This document shows positions 1 through 9,066 of a stretch of DNA of 64,000 bases, in pieces. Origin of the DNA: a virus (taxonomy: Duplodnaviria > Heunggongvirae > Uroviricota > Caudoviricetes); IMG/VR virus record IMGVR_UViG_3300043172_001414, one strand, 5' to 3'. Position 1 is the stretch's first letter; the number at the start of each line of letters is the position of its first letter. The notes under the pieces were generated by a model that saw nothing but the letters and a program-made list of their open reading frames with translations, searched no databases and was not told the origin of the DNA. The position numbers and the translations under genes were made by a program.

Positions 1-426
1 CCTACTGCATTTGGCGCAGTTGATGTTGCTATCATAGATAGAAAACACAACCGCTTGCTACTTGGCAGAAAACCACATCAAAGTAAATTTAGATTTGTCG
101 GTGGGTTCCTCGATCCTGATACCAACGCTCTTGAAGGTGATTTCCTTGAAATCAATGCAAGACGAGAAGTGAAGGAAGAGACAACTCTTGAAGTTGGCAA
201 TCTAAAGTATCTTGCAAGTTTTTTAATAAACGACTGGCGATACCGGAATGAACGGGACAAAATATATTCAACGCTATTCGTAGCTGATTATACTTTTGGT
301 CGTCCTGACGCTAGAGACGATATTGATGAACTTCGTTGGTTTGACATTGACACTATTAAAGAATCGGACGTTGTTGAAGAACACAAATATTTAATAAAAA
401 CCCTATTAAATTCGTTAAAGAGTTAG
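1..426 (+). CDS. Nudix hydrolase domain, 5'-truncated; probably the C-terminal half of a bifunctional NMN adenylyltransferase/Nudix (NadM/NatV-like)
   Basis: Frame 1 is open from base 1 (PTAFGAVDVAII...). Nudix box GGFLDP...NARREVKEET. Directly upstream of NAMPT. The NMNAT half lies outside the window and is inferred. Confidence 0.8.
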   Translation, partial: PTAFGAVDVAIIDRKHNRLLLGRKPHQSKFRFVGGFLDPDTNALEGDFLEINARREVKEETTLEVGNLKYLASFLINDWRYRNERDKIYSTLFVADYTFGRPDARDDIDELRWFDIDTIKESDVVEEHKYLIKTLLNSLKS

Positions 427-435
427 GAGGAAAAT

Positions 436-1845
436 ATGGTTGCAATTAGAAAGAAATTTTATGACCCAGACTTCAATCCGATATTAGCATCGGACTCATA
501 TAAAATGACTCACCACGGGATGTATCCCGATAATACCGAATATGCTTACAGTTATTTTGAGAACCGTGATGGTGCTCAATTTCCTGTATCTAAATTTTTC
601 GGATTGCAGATATTCATTAAGCGCTTCTTAACTGGCTCTGTCGTAACGAGAGAACACATTGAGGAAGCTAAAGAAATATTGGAGTTTCACTTTATTGACG
701 GGTTAACTCACGTTGACATTGAAAGATGGGAATATATATTAGACAAATATGACGGTAGACTACCCATTAGAATTAAAGCTGTAGCGGAGGGATCTTTAGT
801 ACCAGCATCGAACGTATTGTTTGATGTTATTAATACTGACCCTAATTGCGCATGGCTCGTGGGCCACGTAGAAGATATATTGACTCACGTTTGGCACACC
901 ACAACGGTAGCAACATTGAGTTACATGGTTAAACAAGACTACCAAAAGCATCTTGAAGAAACTTGTGATGATGACAAAATCGACTCTGTAATTAAATTCA
1001 TGTTGCATGGATTTGAATATAGAGGTGGAACTAACCACTACTCCTCTAGCTGGGGTGGTGCAGCTCACTTAATCAATTTCTGGGGTACAGACAACCTTAG
1101 TGCTATTAAGACCATACGGGATTACTATAACACTAAGCACGTCAACGCATACTCTGTACACGCTACAGAGCACAGCGTAGCGACTTCTGAAGGTAGAGAA
1201 GGTGAGAGTAGACGTACAGGTAAAATTATTACCAAATATGATAAGGGTATATTATCATTAGTATGTGACAGCTATAATTACAAAAAATTTGTTGACGTAA
1301 TTATAGGTCAAACATACAAACAACTGATTCTCAAACGAGACGGTAAAGTTGTTGTACGGCCAGATTCGGGTGATTATAATGAGGTAATTCCTTACATATT
1401 ATTATCACTCGAAAAGAGTTATGGTACTAAATTAAACTCGAAAGGGTATAAAGTATTGAACCCTAAGATCGGTGTGATATGGGGAGATGGATTGAATCGT
1501 AAAGATATCAATATTATCCTCAAACTCGTAAAAGATCTTGGTTTCTCTGGTGAAAATCTATGCTTCGGAATGGGTGGAGGATTGATTCAAAAAGGAATTG
1601 ATCGTGATACTCAGAGAAGCGCATTTAAATGCTCAGCCCAGTGCAGAGATGGTAAATGGTATGATATTCAAAAAGATCCATTGGATTCAACAAAAAAGTC
1701 CAAGAAAGGTATTCAATACCTAACTCTTGACCCAGAAGGGAACTACCAAACCACGAATGTGCCGACCTTAGATGATCAGCTCAAGACGGTTTTTCTGGAC
1801 GGTGATATGGTTAAAGAATACGATTACAAGGACATAGCAGCTTAA
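436..1845 (+). CDS. nadV: Nicotinamide phosphoribosyltransferase (NAMPT)
   Basis: Motifs DSYKMTH, LHGFEYRG, ATEHSVAT, VVRPDSGD, WGDG, FGMGGGL, RDTQRSAFKCS; SD AGGAGG. Confidence 0.95.
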   Translation: MVAIRKKFYDPDFNPILASDSYKMTHHGMYPDNTEYAYSYFENRDGAQFPVSKFFGLQIFIKRFLTGSVVTREHIEEAKEILEFHFIDGLTHVDIERWEYILDKYDGRLPIRIKAVAEGSLVPASNVLFDVINTDPNCAWLVGHVEDILTHVWHTTTVATLSYMVKQDYQKHLEETCDDDKIDSVIKFMLHGFEYRGGTNHYSSSWGGAAHLINFWGTDNLSAIKTIRDYYNTKHVNAYSVHATEHSVATSEGREGESRRTGKIITKYDKGILSLVCDSYNYKKFVDVIIGQTYKQLILKRDGKVVVRPDSGDYNEVIPYILLSLEKSYGTKLNSKGYKVLNPKIGVIWGDGLNRKDINIILKLVKDLGFSGENLCFGMGGGLIQKGIDRDTQRSAFKCSAQCRDGKWYDIQKDPLDSTKKSKKGIQYLTLDPEGNYQTTNVPTLDDQLKTVFLDGDMVKEYDYKDIAA

Positions 1846-1872
1846 TCTACATCACAACTGAAGTAAATTATT

Positions 1873-1901
1873 AAACACCTGTCATCCGGCAGGTGTTTTT
1901 T
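1873..1901 (+). terminator. Intrinsic terminator after nadV
   Basis: AAACACCTG-8nt-CAGGTGTTT followed by T-tract. Confidence 0.85.
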
Positions 1902-1910
1902 CGTTACTTT

Positions 1911-1918
1911 TATAAATA
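1911..1918 (+). promoter_or_regulatory. T4-type late promoter TATAAATA
   Basis: Exact octamer between a terminator and the next ORF. Also at 11814 (+), 12282 (+), 16369 (-) and 45350 (-), each upstream of an ORF. Confidence 0.55.
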
Positions 1919-2180
1919 ATAAAAACACAAGCTCATTGGAGAATCTTATGGCATATATTATTAAAGAAGGTCACGAGTTCATGTTCCAGAATTCAAATCT
2001 TACTTTAGTTATGCGGACACCCGTTATGATTGAAGCGATCGACCAAAATGGAAAGAAAGTAAAAATTAAGAAAGAGTCTGCCCCACATTTGTGGCAAACT
2101 TTATTAACTGAAAGTATATATTAAATATTAACTTTTCTATTGACTAATTACTAAATTTTATATATAATATATAAAAGGAA

Positions 2181-2645
2181 GTGTTAATGAGAAAATTTGA
2201 ATTATTGAATAAATACATTGGAATTGAAGATTTCAAAATGCCATGCAGATCAACCAAAGCATCTGCCGGATATGACATCTTCAATAACACAGGTGAAGAA
2301 ATAGTATTGATCCCTGGACAGATGAGCGTAGCGATTACAACTAAACTACGAGCAATCTTTCCTGAAAGTGAAGTCCTTCAAATATATCCCCGAAGTTCTC
2401 ATGGATTTAAATACTCTCTTAAGCTTGCTAACTCGGTAGGAATTATTGATTCTGACTATGCTTTAGCTGACAATGAAGGTGAGATCTTTTTAAAGTTTCA
2501 TAATCAGTCACCCAGCAAAAGGCTAGTAATCAAACCTGGTGAGGCAATGGCACAAGCGATCTTCACTTCATACCTGACTACAGACGATGACGAACAAACT
2601 GTAGGTGGGAAAAGAACTGGTGGTATAGGTAGTACTACCAAATAG
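2181..2645 (+). CDS. dut: dUTPase (trimeric)
   Basis: ASAGYD, PRSS, VGIIDSDY, AQAIF, C-terminal RTGGIGST. Confidence 0.93.
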   Translation: MLMRKFELLNKYIGIEDFKMPCRSTKASAGYDIFNNTGEEIVLIPGQMSVAITTKLRAIFPESEVLQIYPRSSHGFKYSLKLANSVGIIDSDYALADNEGEIFLKFHNQSPSKRLVIKPGEAMAQAIFTSYLTTDDDEQTVGGKRTGGIGSTTK

Positions 2646-2651
2646 CACAAT

Positions 2652-2725
2652 CGGTGTGTAGGCTAGTCTGGTAAGTCGCCTGATTTGGGGTCAGGAAATC
2701 GGAGGTTCAAATCCTCCCATACCGA
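2652..2725 (+). tRNA. tRNA-Pro(TGG)
   Basis: Cloverleaf; anticodon arm CCTGA-TTTGGGG-TCAGG; T loop GGTTCAAATCC; no encoded CCA. Confidence 0.93.
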
Positions 2726-2733
2726 TTTTTTAT

Positions 2734-2807
2734 GGACGTGTAGCCCAACTGGCAGAGGCAGCGCACTTAAACTGCGTACAGCGTGAGTTCGAATCTCACT
2801 ACGTCTA
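2734..2807 (+). tRNA. tRNA-Leu(TAA) with short variable loop
   Basis: Anticodon arm GCGCA-CTTAAAC-TGCGT; T arm GTGAG-TTCGAAT-CTCAC; discriminator A. Confidence 0.88.
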
Positions 2808-2813
2808 CTTACT

Positions 2814-2886
2814 GGTCCTGTAGCCCAACGGCAGAGGCAGTTGCCTTAGAAGCAATACAGTGTGAGTTCGAATCTCACTAGGACTA
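2814..2886 (+). tRNA. tRNA-Leu(TAG) with short variable loop
   Basis: Anticodon arm GTTGC-CTTAGAA-GCAAT; D and T arms nearly identical to the neighbouring Leu tRNA. Confidence 0.88.
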
Positions 2887-2919
2887 TTATCTCGTCTGCC
2901 ATGTGTAGAAGGAGTTTCT

Positions 2920-2950
2920 GGGGTCGGACTATCAATTCGACCCCTGTTTT
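2920..2950 (+). terminator. Probable terminator after tRNA cluster
   Basis: GGGGTCG-11nt-CGACCCC then TGTTTTT. Confidence 0.6.
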
Positions 2951-3040
2951 TGCCAGGTTCTGGCAATTCTAGCGTAAAAAATATAACTAAAGTACATCTT
3001 TTTTATTGACTATTAATAATATTATTGTTATAATGGTTTT

Positions 3041-3304
3041 ATGGATATAGATAAAGCAATAAGAAACTCGAAGATATTTAAATACATAAATATTGTAGCA
3101 TGTATAATACTAACATTTTTTGCATGCATGAATGCAATCGGAGGCAGCGTATTTATTATGTTGCTTGATACAGCGATGGCAATATTTTACTTTAGATTAA
3201 TATTCGACAGAATGGAAGATATAGAAACTCTTAAAGAGATAAAAAGACTTCAAGAAGTTCTAGATAACGAGATGGCTAAAACTGTTGGAGATGAAAAAGA
3301 ATGA
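3041..3304 (+). CDS. Small membrane protein
   Basis: Two hydrophobic segments; downstream of a TTGACT promoter. Confidence 0.6.
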   Translation: MDIDKAIRNSKIFKYINIVACIILTFFACMNAIGGSVFIMLLDTAMAIFYFRLIFDRMEDIETLKEIKRLQEVLDNEMAKTVGDEKE

Positions 3305-3534
3305 AATATTTATTACTTACTTTAGTTATACTAACTATGGGTTGTGAAGACGAAACCGCTTATTATAATTGCAAAGATGCTAACAGAATACTCATGAAAG
3401 AATTTGTCGAAAAATGCATTGAAAACGGTATACGATGCACATCAGGAAATAGATATTACGAAGATGTAGTTGAAACCTGCACTATAAACGCAAAGAAGAT
3501 CTTTTGTAGCGAACCTAAACACCTAAAGGACTAG
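3301..3534 (+). CDS. Putative Cys-rich lipoprotein
   Basis: Signal peptide with lipobox-like TMGC; paralog of the next gene. Confidence 0.7.
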   Translation: MKYLLLTLVILTMGCEDETAYYNCKDANRILMKEFVEKCIENGIRCTSGNRYYEDVVETCTINAKKIFCSEPKHLKD

Positions 3535-3535
3535 C

Positions 3536-3820
3536 ATGAAATACCTTTTATTAATATTAATAATTACTTTAGTTGGGTGCAACAACAATGAACGAGAAGA
3601 AGATTTTTTCCTGTGTAATGAAGACTCTAAGATCCTCATGAACGAATTTGCTTTAGCTTGCCTGGATAAAGGTAAACCATTTATTAATATCCCAGTGGTA
3701 GACCAATATGGAAAATCTGTGTCCACACCATATCACGCAGTAGTAAAGTCATGCTCATACGCAGCAAAGAGAATGTTTTGCATGGAACCATTACAAAATA
3801 AAAAAGAATCTGAAGATTAA
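3536..3820 (+). CDS. Putative Cys-rich lipoprotein
   Basis: Lipobox LVGC; shares C...LM.EF...C...G and C...AK..FC.EP with the previous gene. Confidence 0.7.
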   Translation: MKYLLLILIITLVGCNNNEREEDFFLCNEDSKILMNEFALACLDKGKPFINIPVVDQYGKSVSTPYHAVVKSCSYAAKRMFCMEPLQNKKESED

Positions 3821-3888
3821 CTAAAGTATATTGACAAGTTAATAATATTAATATAAGTTTAATTAAAAGAAATTGAAAAAGGAATAAC

Positions 3889-4635
3889 ATGGGAAAGTTA
3901 CACGAAGCTTTAGCTGTGCACGGTTCACTTAAAAAGACAGCCGAAAAAATGCTTGAAGAAGCAGCCAAATCATTTAAAGACAAGCAACATCTTTATACAG
4001 GTCATGCAAAGACATACACGGCTCTTAATGAATCTGACAGCGAAAAACTTGAACCAGAACTCAAGCATTTAGTTGATAATGTCCAGTCTAAACTGAAGTA
4101 CATCCAGGAATCTGTTATTGAAACTACAGACTGTATGTATCAGAAAGAAGCAACAAATACGATTGCTTCAGCTGACATTGTACTTGATGGTGAAACTATC
4201 GCTTCAGAAGTACCTGCAGTTGTTCTTCTTAACCTTGAAACACAACTTAAAGAAGTCCGTAAAGCTTATGATGCAGCCCCTACATTAGACCCTGCTCAAG
4301 CTTGGAAGAAAGATGAAAATGAAGATGATGTTTATGTTACAGCACCTCATACAACCCAGAGAACAAAAAAGATCAACAAACCTGTTTCTTTAGCTGCTGC
4401 TACTGAGTTTCATCCTGAACAGGTTCAAATGGGTTCTGAAGACATTGTTACGGGGCATTGGAGTAACATTCAAAAGAGTGGTTGCTTATCCACTAAGGAT
4501 AAGCATAAGTATCTTAAACGTATTGATAATCTCATTCGTGCAGTTGTTAAAGCTAGAACAAGAGCCAATGACATGGATTTGAAAGATGTTAAGATCGGTA
4601 AGAGTTTATTCGAATATATTAATAATATCGAATAA
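3889..4635 (+). CDS. Conserved uncharacterised helical protein (resembles the family I recall as DUF7873)
   Basis: KLHEALAV...GHAKTY...ADIVLDG...VPAVVLLNLETQL...PTLDP...W...RTKK...ATEFHPEQV...GHW...SG pattern; family assignment from memory only. Confidence 0.7.
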   Translation: MGKLHEALAVHGSLKKTAEKMLEEAAKSFKDKQHLYTGHAKTYTALNESDSEKLEPELKHLVDNVQSKLKYIQESVIETTDCMYQKEATNTIASADIVLDGETIASEVPAVVLLNLETQLKEVRKAYDAAPTLDPAQAWKKDENEDDVYVTAPHTTQRTKKINKPVSLAAATEFHPEQVQMGSEDIVTGHWSNIQKSGCLSTKDKHKYLKRIDNLIRAVVKARTRANDMDLKDVKIGKSLFEYINNIE

Positions 4636-4640
4636 TAAAA

Positions 4641-4801
4641 TGGTGCAAACTTAATCTGACGTACAGTGAGTTCCTTTTGGGAAATGTGAGTTCGAATCTC
4701 AGCCACGGGCATTTAATACAACACTAGCCCGTGTGGTGCAATTGGCGACACCCACATATTGTACACTTAAATTTAGATTTAAATTTAAATTTTTGACACC
4801 A
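4641..4801 (+). ncRNA. Circularly permuted tRNA-like RNA A (YrlA-like topology)
   Basis: Terminal stem TGGTG/CACCA. Internal order: T arm (TGAG-TTCGAAT-CTCA), acceptor CACGGGC-loop-GCCCGTG, D arm TGGTGCAATTGGCGACAC. Confidence 0.75.
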
Positions 4802-4812
4802 CAGATTGATTT

Positions 4813-4977
4813 TGGTACGCATATTGATTGTGACTAGGCATTCTACACCCATGCGAGAGTTCGAATCTCTTCACCTTCACCAAGCACTTAATGAGTTCTT
4901 GGTGAAGGTGTAGCTCAGCGGAAGAGCAGGGTCTTTAAACTACGCCAACGGTCTACAAATATCAATAGTATATACCA
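4813..4977 (+). ncRNA. Circularly permuted tRNA-like RNA B (YrlA-like topology)
   Basis: Terminal stems TGGTA/TACCA and TATTGAT/ATCAATA; T arm GAGAG-TTCGAAT-CTCTT; 13-bp CACCTTCACCAAG/CTTGGTGAAGGTG; D arm TAGCTCAGCGGAAGAGC. Confidence 0.8.
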
Positions 4978-5020
4978 ACCCGTAATGGAATCCCAATTAA
5001 TGGGATATACAATATGACTC

Positions 5021-5058
5021 GCAGGGGCCTTAGGTTACTAGGCCACCTGCACTTTTTT
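5021..5058 (+). terminator. Intrinsic terminator after the permuted tRNA-like RNAs
   Basis: GCAGG-GGCC...GGCC-A-CCTGC hairpin followed by T-tract. Confidence 0.75.
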
Positions 5059-5070
5059 ATAGGCAAGAAA

Positions 5071-5940
5071 ATGGTAATTCACTTTGACTTTATATCAGAC
5101 ATACATTTGGACTTCTACGTTCCTATGCATACTATCTCTCACAAGTTAGACTTTCATATAGAAAGCTTTATTGAGAATATCGTCCCAGAGAACCCTGACG
5201 AGGTTTTACTTATTGCCGGAGACATAGGTCACAGCAACCTCCAAAACAACCTCCTACTAGCCAAGCTGGGCAAAATTTATAAGAAGGTGTTCATAGTATT
5301 CGGAAACCATGATTTGTACTTAGTTACTAAATCTATGTACCACAAATATGGCACCGGAATGAACCGTCTCGCTGAGATGAAGAAAATGACACTTGACATC
5401 GAGAACGTCTATGACCTCGATGGAGACCTGTACGAACACAACGGAGTAAAATACTCTGGAACTGATATGTGGTACGATGGAGTACTTAGCAACAATAATC
5501 TTATGTACGATATAAATAAGAAGATTATTACTCATGCAGATCTAACAGAAGACGATCTGCAGAACCTATGGTTAGATTACATGAATGACTGTAATCATAT
5601 ATACGGTATGGAACGTTACGATCAGTTCTTTGAAACTGAAGTAAAGAAACTGGAAAAGAATATTGACAAAGCTGATGTTTATATCAGTCATGTCGGCCCT
5701 GCTCTTCCTAAAAGAATACCAGCAAAATTTGATATGACTTATCTAAGGTATTTTTATTTTGACGGAATGAAGTATTTGCAAGCTGAAGCAGCCCCTAAAG
5801 TTTGGGTCTTTGGTCATGTACACGGACAATATGATTATTCAGTTAATAACACAGATCTTTTAGTCAACCCTTTAGGTTATCCTAAAGAAAGCTTTGGTAG
5901 AAAGATTAGAAATTATGAAAAACACTGTTGGGAAGATTGA
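5071..5940 (+). CDS. Calcineurin-like metallophosphoesterase
   Basis: DIH, AGDIG, GNHD, SH and FGHVH motifs. Start placed at ATG 5071 because the ORF-track start runs through the terminator. Confidence 0.9.
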   Translation: MVIHFDFISDIHLDFYVPMHTISHKLDFHIESFIENIVPENPDEVLLIAGDIGHSNLQNNLLLAKLGKIYKKVFIVFGNHDLYLVTKSMYHKYGTGMNRLAEMKKMTLDIENVYDLDGDLYEHNGVKYSGTDMWYDGVLSNNNLMYDINKKIITHADLTEDDLQNLWLDYMNDCNHIYGMERYDQFFETEVKKLEKNIDKADVYISHVGPALPKRIPAKFDMTYLRYFYFDGMKYLQAEAAPKVWVFGHVHGQYDYSVNNTDLLVNPLGYPKESFGRKIRNYEKHCWED

Positions 5941-6015
5941 CAGAGCGGTAATGTGTGGTCTTGCTAAGACCAAGCCTGGGTGAAACCAGCACTGGTTCAA
6001 ATCCAGTATCTTCCT
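5931..6015 (+). tRNA. tRNA-Ser(GCT)
   Basis: Anticodon arm TGGTC-TTGCTAA-GACCA; long variable arm; acceptor GGAAGAT/ATCTTCC; overlaps the upstream stop codon. Confidence 0.9.
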
Positions 6016-6268
6016 TATTTGTGCAGTCGGAGGACAGTATGACAGTTTTACTAGGTGGCCTAGGAGCCTTTTTATTAATTATACAATACGCAGCTCTCAT
6101 TAACTTGAAACGCTACGGATCATTTAAAGCATTCATGTACATCATCCCAATCGGGTTTTATGTTTATTGGATATTCCGCTCTGTCGGATTTATATTCGTC
6201 AATGTTGCAGAGATACTTCTGGAAGTAATCCCAGATCTCTTTGATTAATAAATTTTATTAATTACTTC

Positions 6269-6303
6269 TTGACTTTAGTTAATAAAGTTCATATACTTTA
6301 GTT
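6269..6303 (+). promoter_or_regulatory. Sigma70-type promoter with TACTTTAGTT word
   Basis: TTGACT-17-TATACT, followed by TTAGTT. Confidence 0.75.
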
Positions 6304-6352
6304 AAAATGCTATAGTATTCTAAAACAATATATACAATAGAAGGAAACAAAT

Positions 6353-6589
6353 ATGGCGAAAGCGATACTTGAATTCGATTTATCTGATCCTGACGATCGT
6401 GCTGATCATCAGAAATCAGTTAAAGCAACAGACGCATTTCTTGCGTTGTGGGATATCTCACAACTCTTTAGAAAACAATTAAAATATGGAGATCTTGACC
6501 AAGCTACTTATAATAAGATAGAAGCAATGTCAGAAGATTTCTACGACACTCTAAATCAATACGGAATAAGTATGAATATGATAGAGTAG
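6353..6589 (+). CDS. Hypothetical phage protein
   Basis: SD, promoter upstream, typical small phage ORF. Confidence 0.6.
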   Translation: MAKAILEFDLSDPDDRADHQKSVKATDAFLALWDISQLFRKQLKYGDLDQATYNKIEAMSEDFYDTLNQYGISMNMIE

Positions 6590-6743
6590 GAGTACACATG
6601 AGAATTACAGTTGAAGTAGAAAAAAGATTAGTATCTGATAATAATTTTGCGTTGATCACAACACATAAATATTATCTATTAGGGTTCATCCTAGTTTACA
6701 AGAAATCTTGGTGTGATGGTGTAATACCTAACTAGGAGGCCGT

Positions 6744-7262
6744 ATGAGCTGGATAATGATCGACGTAGAGAGCGATGGCCCTATACCAGGTGATTACTCA
6801 ATGGTAAGTTTTGGTGCAGTAATAGTAGATAATGATCTTGACAAGTTCTTCTACGGAGCAACAAAGCCTATCTCTGATAAATGGATACCTGAAGCCCTCT
6901 CAATATCTAACATTTCACGAGAACAACACGAGCAACATAATGACCCTGCAGGAGTCATGGAAAGCTTTAAAGACTGGATAGAAGAACACTCTATCGGCAG
7001 ACCTTTATTCATATCAGATAACAACGGATATGATTATATGTTCATGCATTGGTACTTTATTCACTTCCTTGGAAAAGACCCCTTCGGACATTCAAGCACG
7101 AACCTTGGATCTCTCTGGAAAGGAATGATAAAAAATACTTACAGAAATTTTAAACATTTAAGAAAAACCAAACATACCCACAATCCAGTCGATGACGCTA
7201 TGGGTAATGCTGAAGCACTATTGACAATGAAACAAAAATATAAACTCGACATTAAGTTGTAG
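6744..7262 (+). CDS. DEDDh 3'-5' exo(ribo)nuclease (Rv2179c-like)
   Basis: IDVESDG, DNNGYD, HNPVDDA. Confidence 0.88.
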   Translation: MSWIMIDVESDGPIPGDYSMVSFGAVIVDNDLDKFFYGATKPISDKWIPEALSISNISREQHEQHNDPAGVMESFKDWIEEHSIGRPLFISDNNGYDYMFMHWYFIHFLGKDPFGHSSTNLGSLWKGMIKNTYRNFKHLRKTKHTHNPVDDAMGNAEALLTMKQKYKLDIKL

Positions 7263-7270
7263 GAGCACCA

Positions 7271-7594
7271 ATGAATATCCAACCTAACAAAGACACATTA
7301 TTAATTGAAGCATATGATTATACCTCAAAAGAGAAATCTGCAATTTATTTAGCTGGTGGTGATAATGATACTTCAGTTGAAGCGTTTAACCAGGTACTCG
7401 ATTGTCATAACGATAATGTTGCCGGAGTTAAAAAGGGCGACATTATATTAGTCGATAAAAACACAGGGTTCTTCTTCCAAATTGACGGTAAGAAGTACAG
7501 AATAATTTTATACACACAAGTTCTTGCTCATATTACAGGAATAGAGAAGGAACAGACAAAACGTAAAAAAGCATTGGAAAACAAACAAGAATAA
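7271..7594 (+). CDS. GroES/Cpn10-like co-chaperonin
   Basis: IQPNKDTLLIE...SAIYL...VKKGDIILV...IDGKKYRII...VLA pattern. Confidence 0.65.
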   Translation: MNIQPNKDTLLIEAYDYTSKEKSAIYLAGGDNDTSVEAFNQVLDCHNDNVAGVKKGDIILVDKNTGFFFQIDGKKYRIILYTQVLAHITGIEKEQTKRKKALENKQE

Positions 7595-7654
7595 CACCTG
7601 GAACGTGCTGACCACTATCGATCAGCACGTTCCAGTAAAAGTAGGGAAAGGATT

Positions 7655-8197
7655 ATGAAAAAGAAAATCCTAATATTAAACGAATCATATATGCCAATCA
7701 ACATCACTACTCACAAGAAAGTAATCAAAATGATTGCCCAGGAGAAACTTGATGTCATCGAAGTATACAATAATGAATACTATCATAACGGCTTCCCTAA
7801 AAATCCATCTGTAGTTCGCCTAAGACATACTATTAAAATGGGTAAGACTCGTAAGATCTATAAAGAGTTTAACCGTAGAAACGTACTAGAACGTGATAAC
7901 TACAGGTGTCAATACTGCAGTAAGTTGATTGACCATAAAACCATGCACTGGGATCATGTTATTCCTCGTGAGCAAGGTGGGCCAACTAACTACACCAACA
8001 TTGTAGCTTGCTGCCTCAAATGTAATCAGAAGAAAGAGAACAAATCTCTGGACAAATCTGGAATGAAACTAAAGTGTACCCCTGAAGCTCCGTACGAGTC
8101 TTCATCAGTTTATGCTATTATCATAAACAGAATAAACCATCTGATTGGCCCGTCAAAAGAAATAACTTGGGAAAATTATATTTATTGGAATAAATGA
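7655..8197 (+). CDS. HNH endonuclease (McrA-like)
   Basis: RDNYRCQYC, WDHVIPREQGG, NIVACCLKCNQKK. Confidence 0.92.
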   Translation: MKKKILILNESYMPINITTHKKVIKMIAQEKLDVIEVYNNEYYHNGFPKNPSVVRLRHTIKMGKTRKIYKEFNRRNVLERDNYRCQYCSKLIDHKTMHWDHVIPREQGGPTNYTNIVACCLKCNQKKENKSLDKSGMKLKCTPEAPYESSSVYAIIINRINHLIGPSKEITWENYIYWNK

Positions 8198-8255
8198 TTG
8201 ACTTTTACCAGTATATATTTTATAATAACTATATAATTCTTAGTTAATAAAAAAT

Positions 8256-8753
8256 ATGAAAACTGATAGAGAAATTATTGAACAATATTCCGACTTCTTC
8301 CCAAACAGGGCAGACAAAACAAAATCTAATATGAAGTATGGATTTTGTTGTGATGTCGGGTGGTATCCACTTATAGTTACAGCCTTAGAACAATTAGATG
8401 AGATAGAGTATGCGGAATTTATCGAGATCGTGCAGATCAAAGAGAAATACGGTACTCTTCGCATCTACTTCGATATTAGTAAAGATTTCGAACTAAAGTT
8501 TAACGATAACATTTTTAAGAGACTGTATTACTGGGCTAAAGGTTTTAATGTAAAAACCGAGCGTAATACACTATGGAAAGTAGTTCACAAAATTACAGCT
8601 GAAGCATATAATAACTCAGTCACCACATGTGAAATTTGTGGGAAGGCTCCGGCACTAAAAGGTTATTCAGAATACTGGATTAAAACAGTATGTAAAAATT
8701 GTTCAGATGTATTTGAAAATTTCACATACGATAGTACAGACAAGAAATCATAA
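8256..8753 (+). CDS. Conserved phage hypothetical protein with C-terminal Zn ribbon
   Basis: GWYPLI, QIKEKYGTLRIY, TCEICGK...VCKNC. Confidence 0.65.
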   Translation: MKTDREIIEQYSDFFPNRADKTKSNMKYGFCCDVGWYPLIVTALEQLDEIEYAEFIEIVQIKEKYGTLRIYFDISKDFELKFNDNIFKRLYYWAKGFNVKTERNTLWKVVHKITAEAYNNSVTTCEICGKAPALKGYSEYWIKTVCKNCSDVFENFTYDSTDKKS

Positions 8754-9066
8754 CAATCAACAGGTTTACTTTAGTTGAACCGAACAACGAGGAAGGACGA
8801 ATGGAAGTAATAAACGGCTATATAATCATGGGACTTTTAACAGTATTGATAGGACTAATATTCGCATTACTAAAGGCTGTATCTGCAGTCATTGAAGAAC
8901 TAAAGTATTCAACAGTAGCTCTGCTAAATTCTAATAATGAACTTAAAGAAACCATGGAAACACAAAACAATCCATACAACAACGATTACGACGCATAAAA
9001 AATACACAATAAATACAACCGCTAATAGCAAAACGAGATATATGAAATAGTCTAAGGAAATAAATT

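Noticed and set aside
4766-4795. TTTAAA/TTTAGA hexamer run as an origin or microsatellite
   Set aside because: It forms the 3' strand of the terminal stem of permuted RNA A
5014-5070. ORF-track N-terminal extension of the metallophosphoesterase
   Set aside because: It runs through a terminator hairpin; ATG 5071 is the more plausible start
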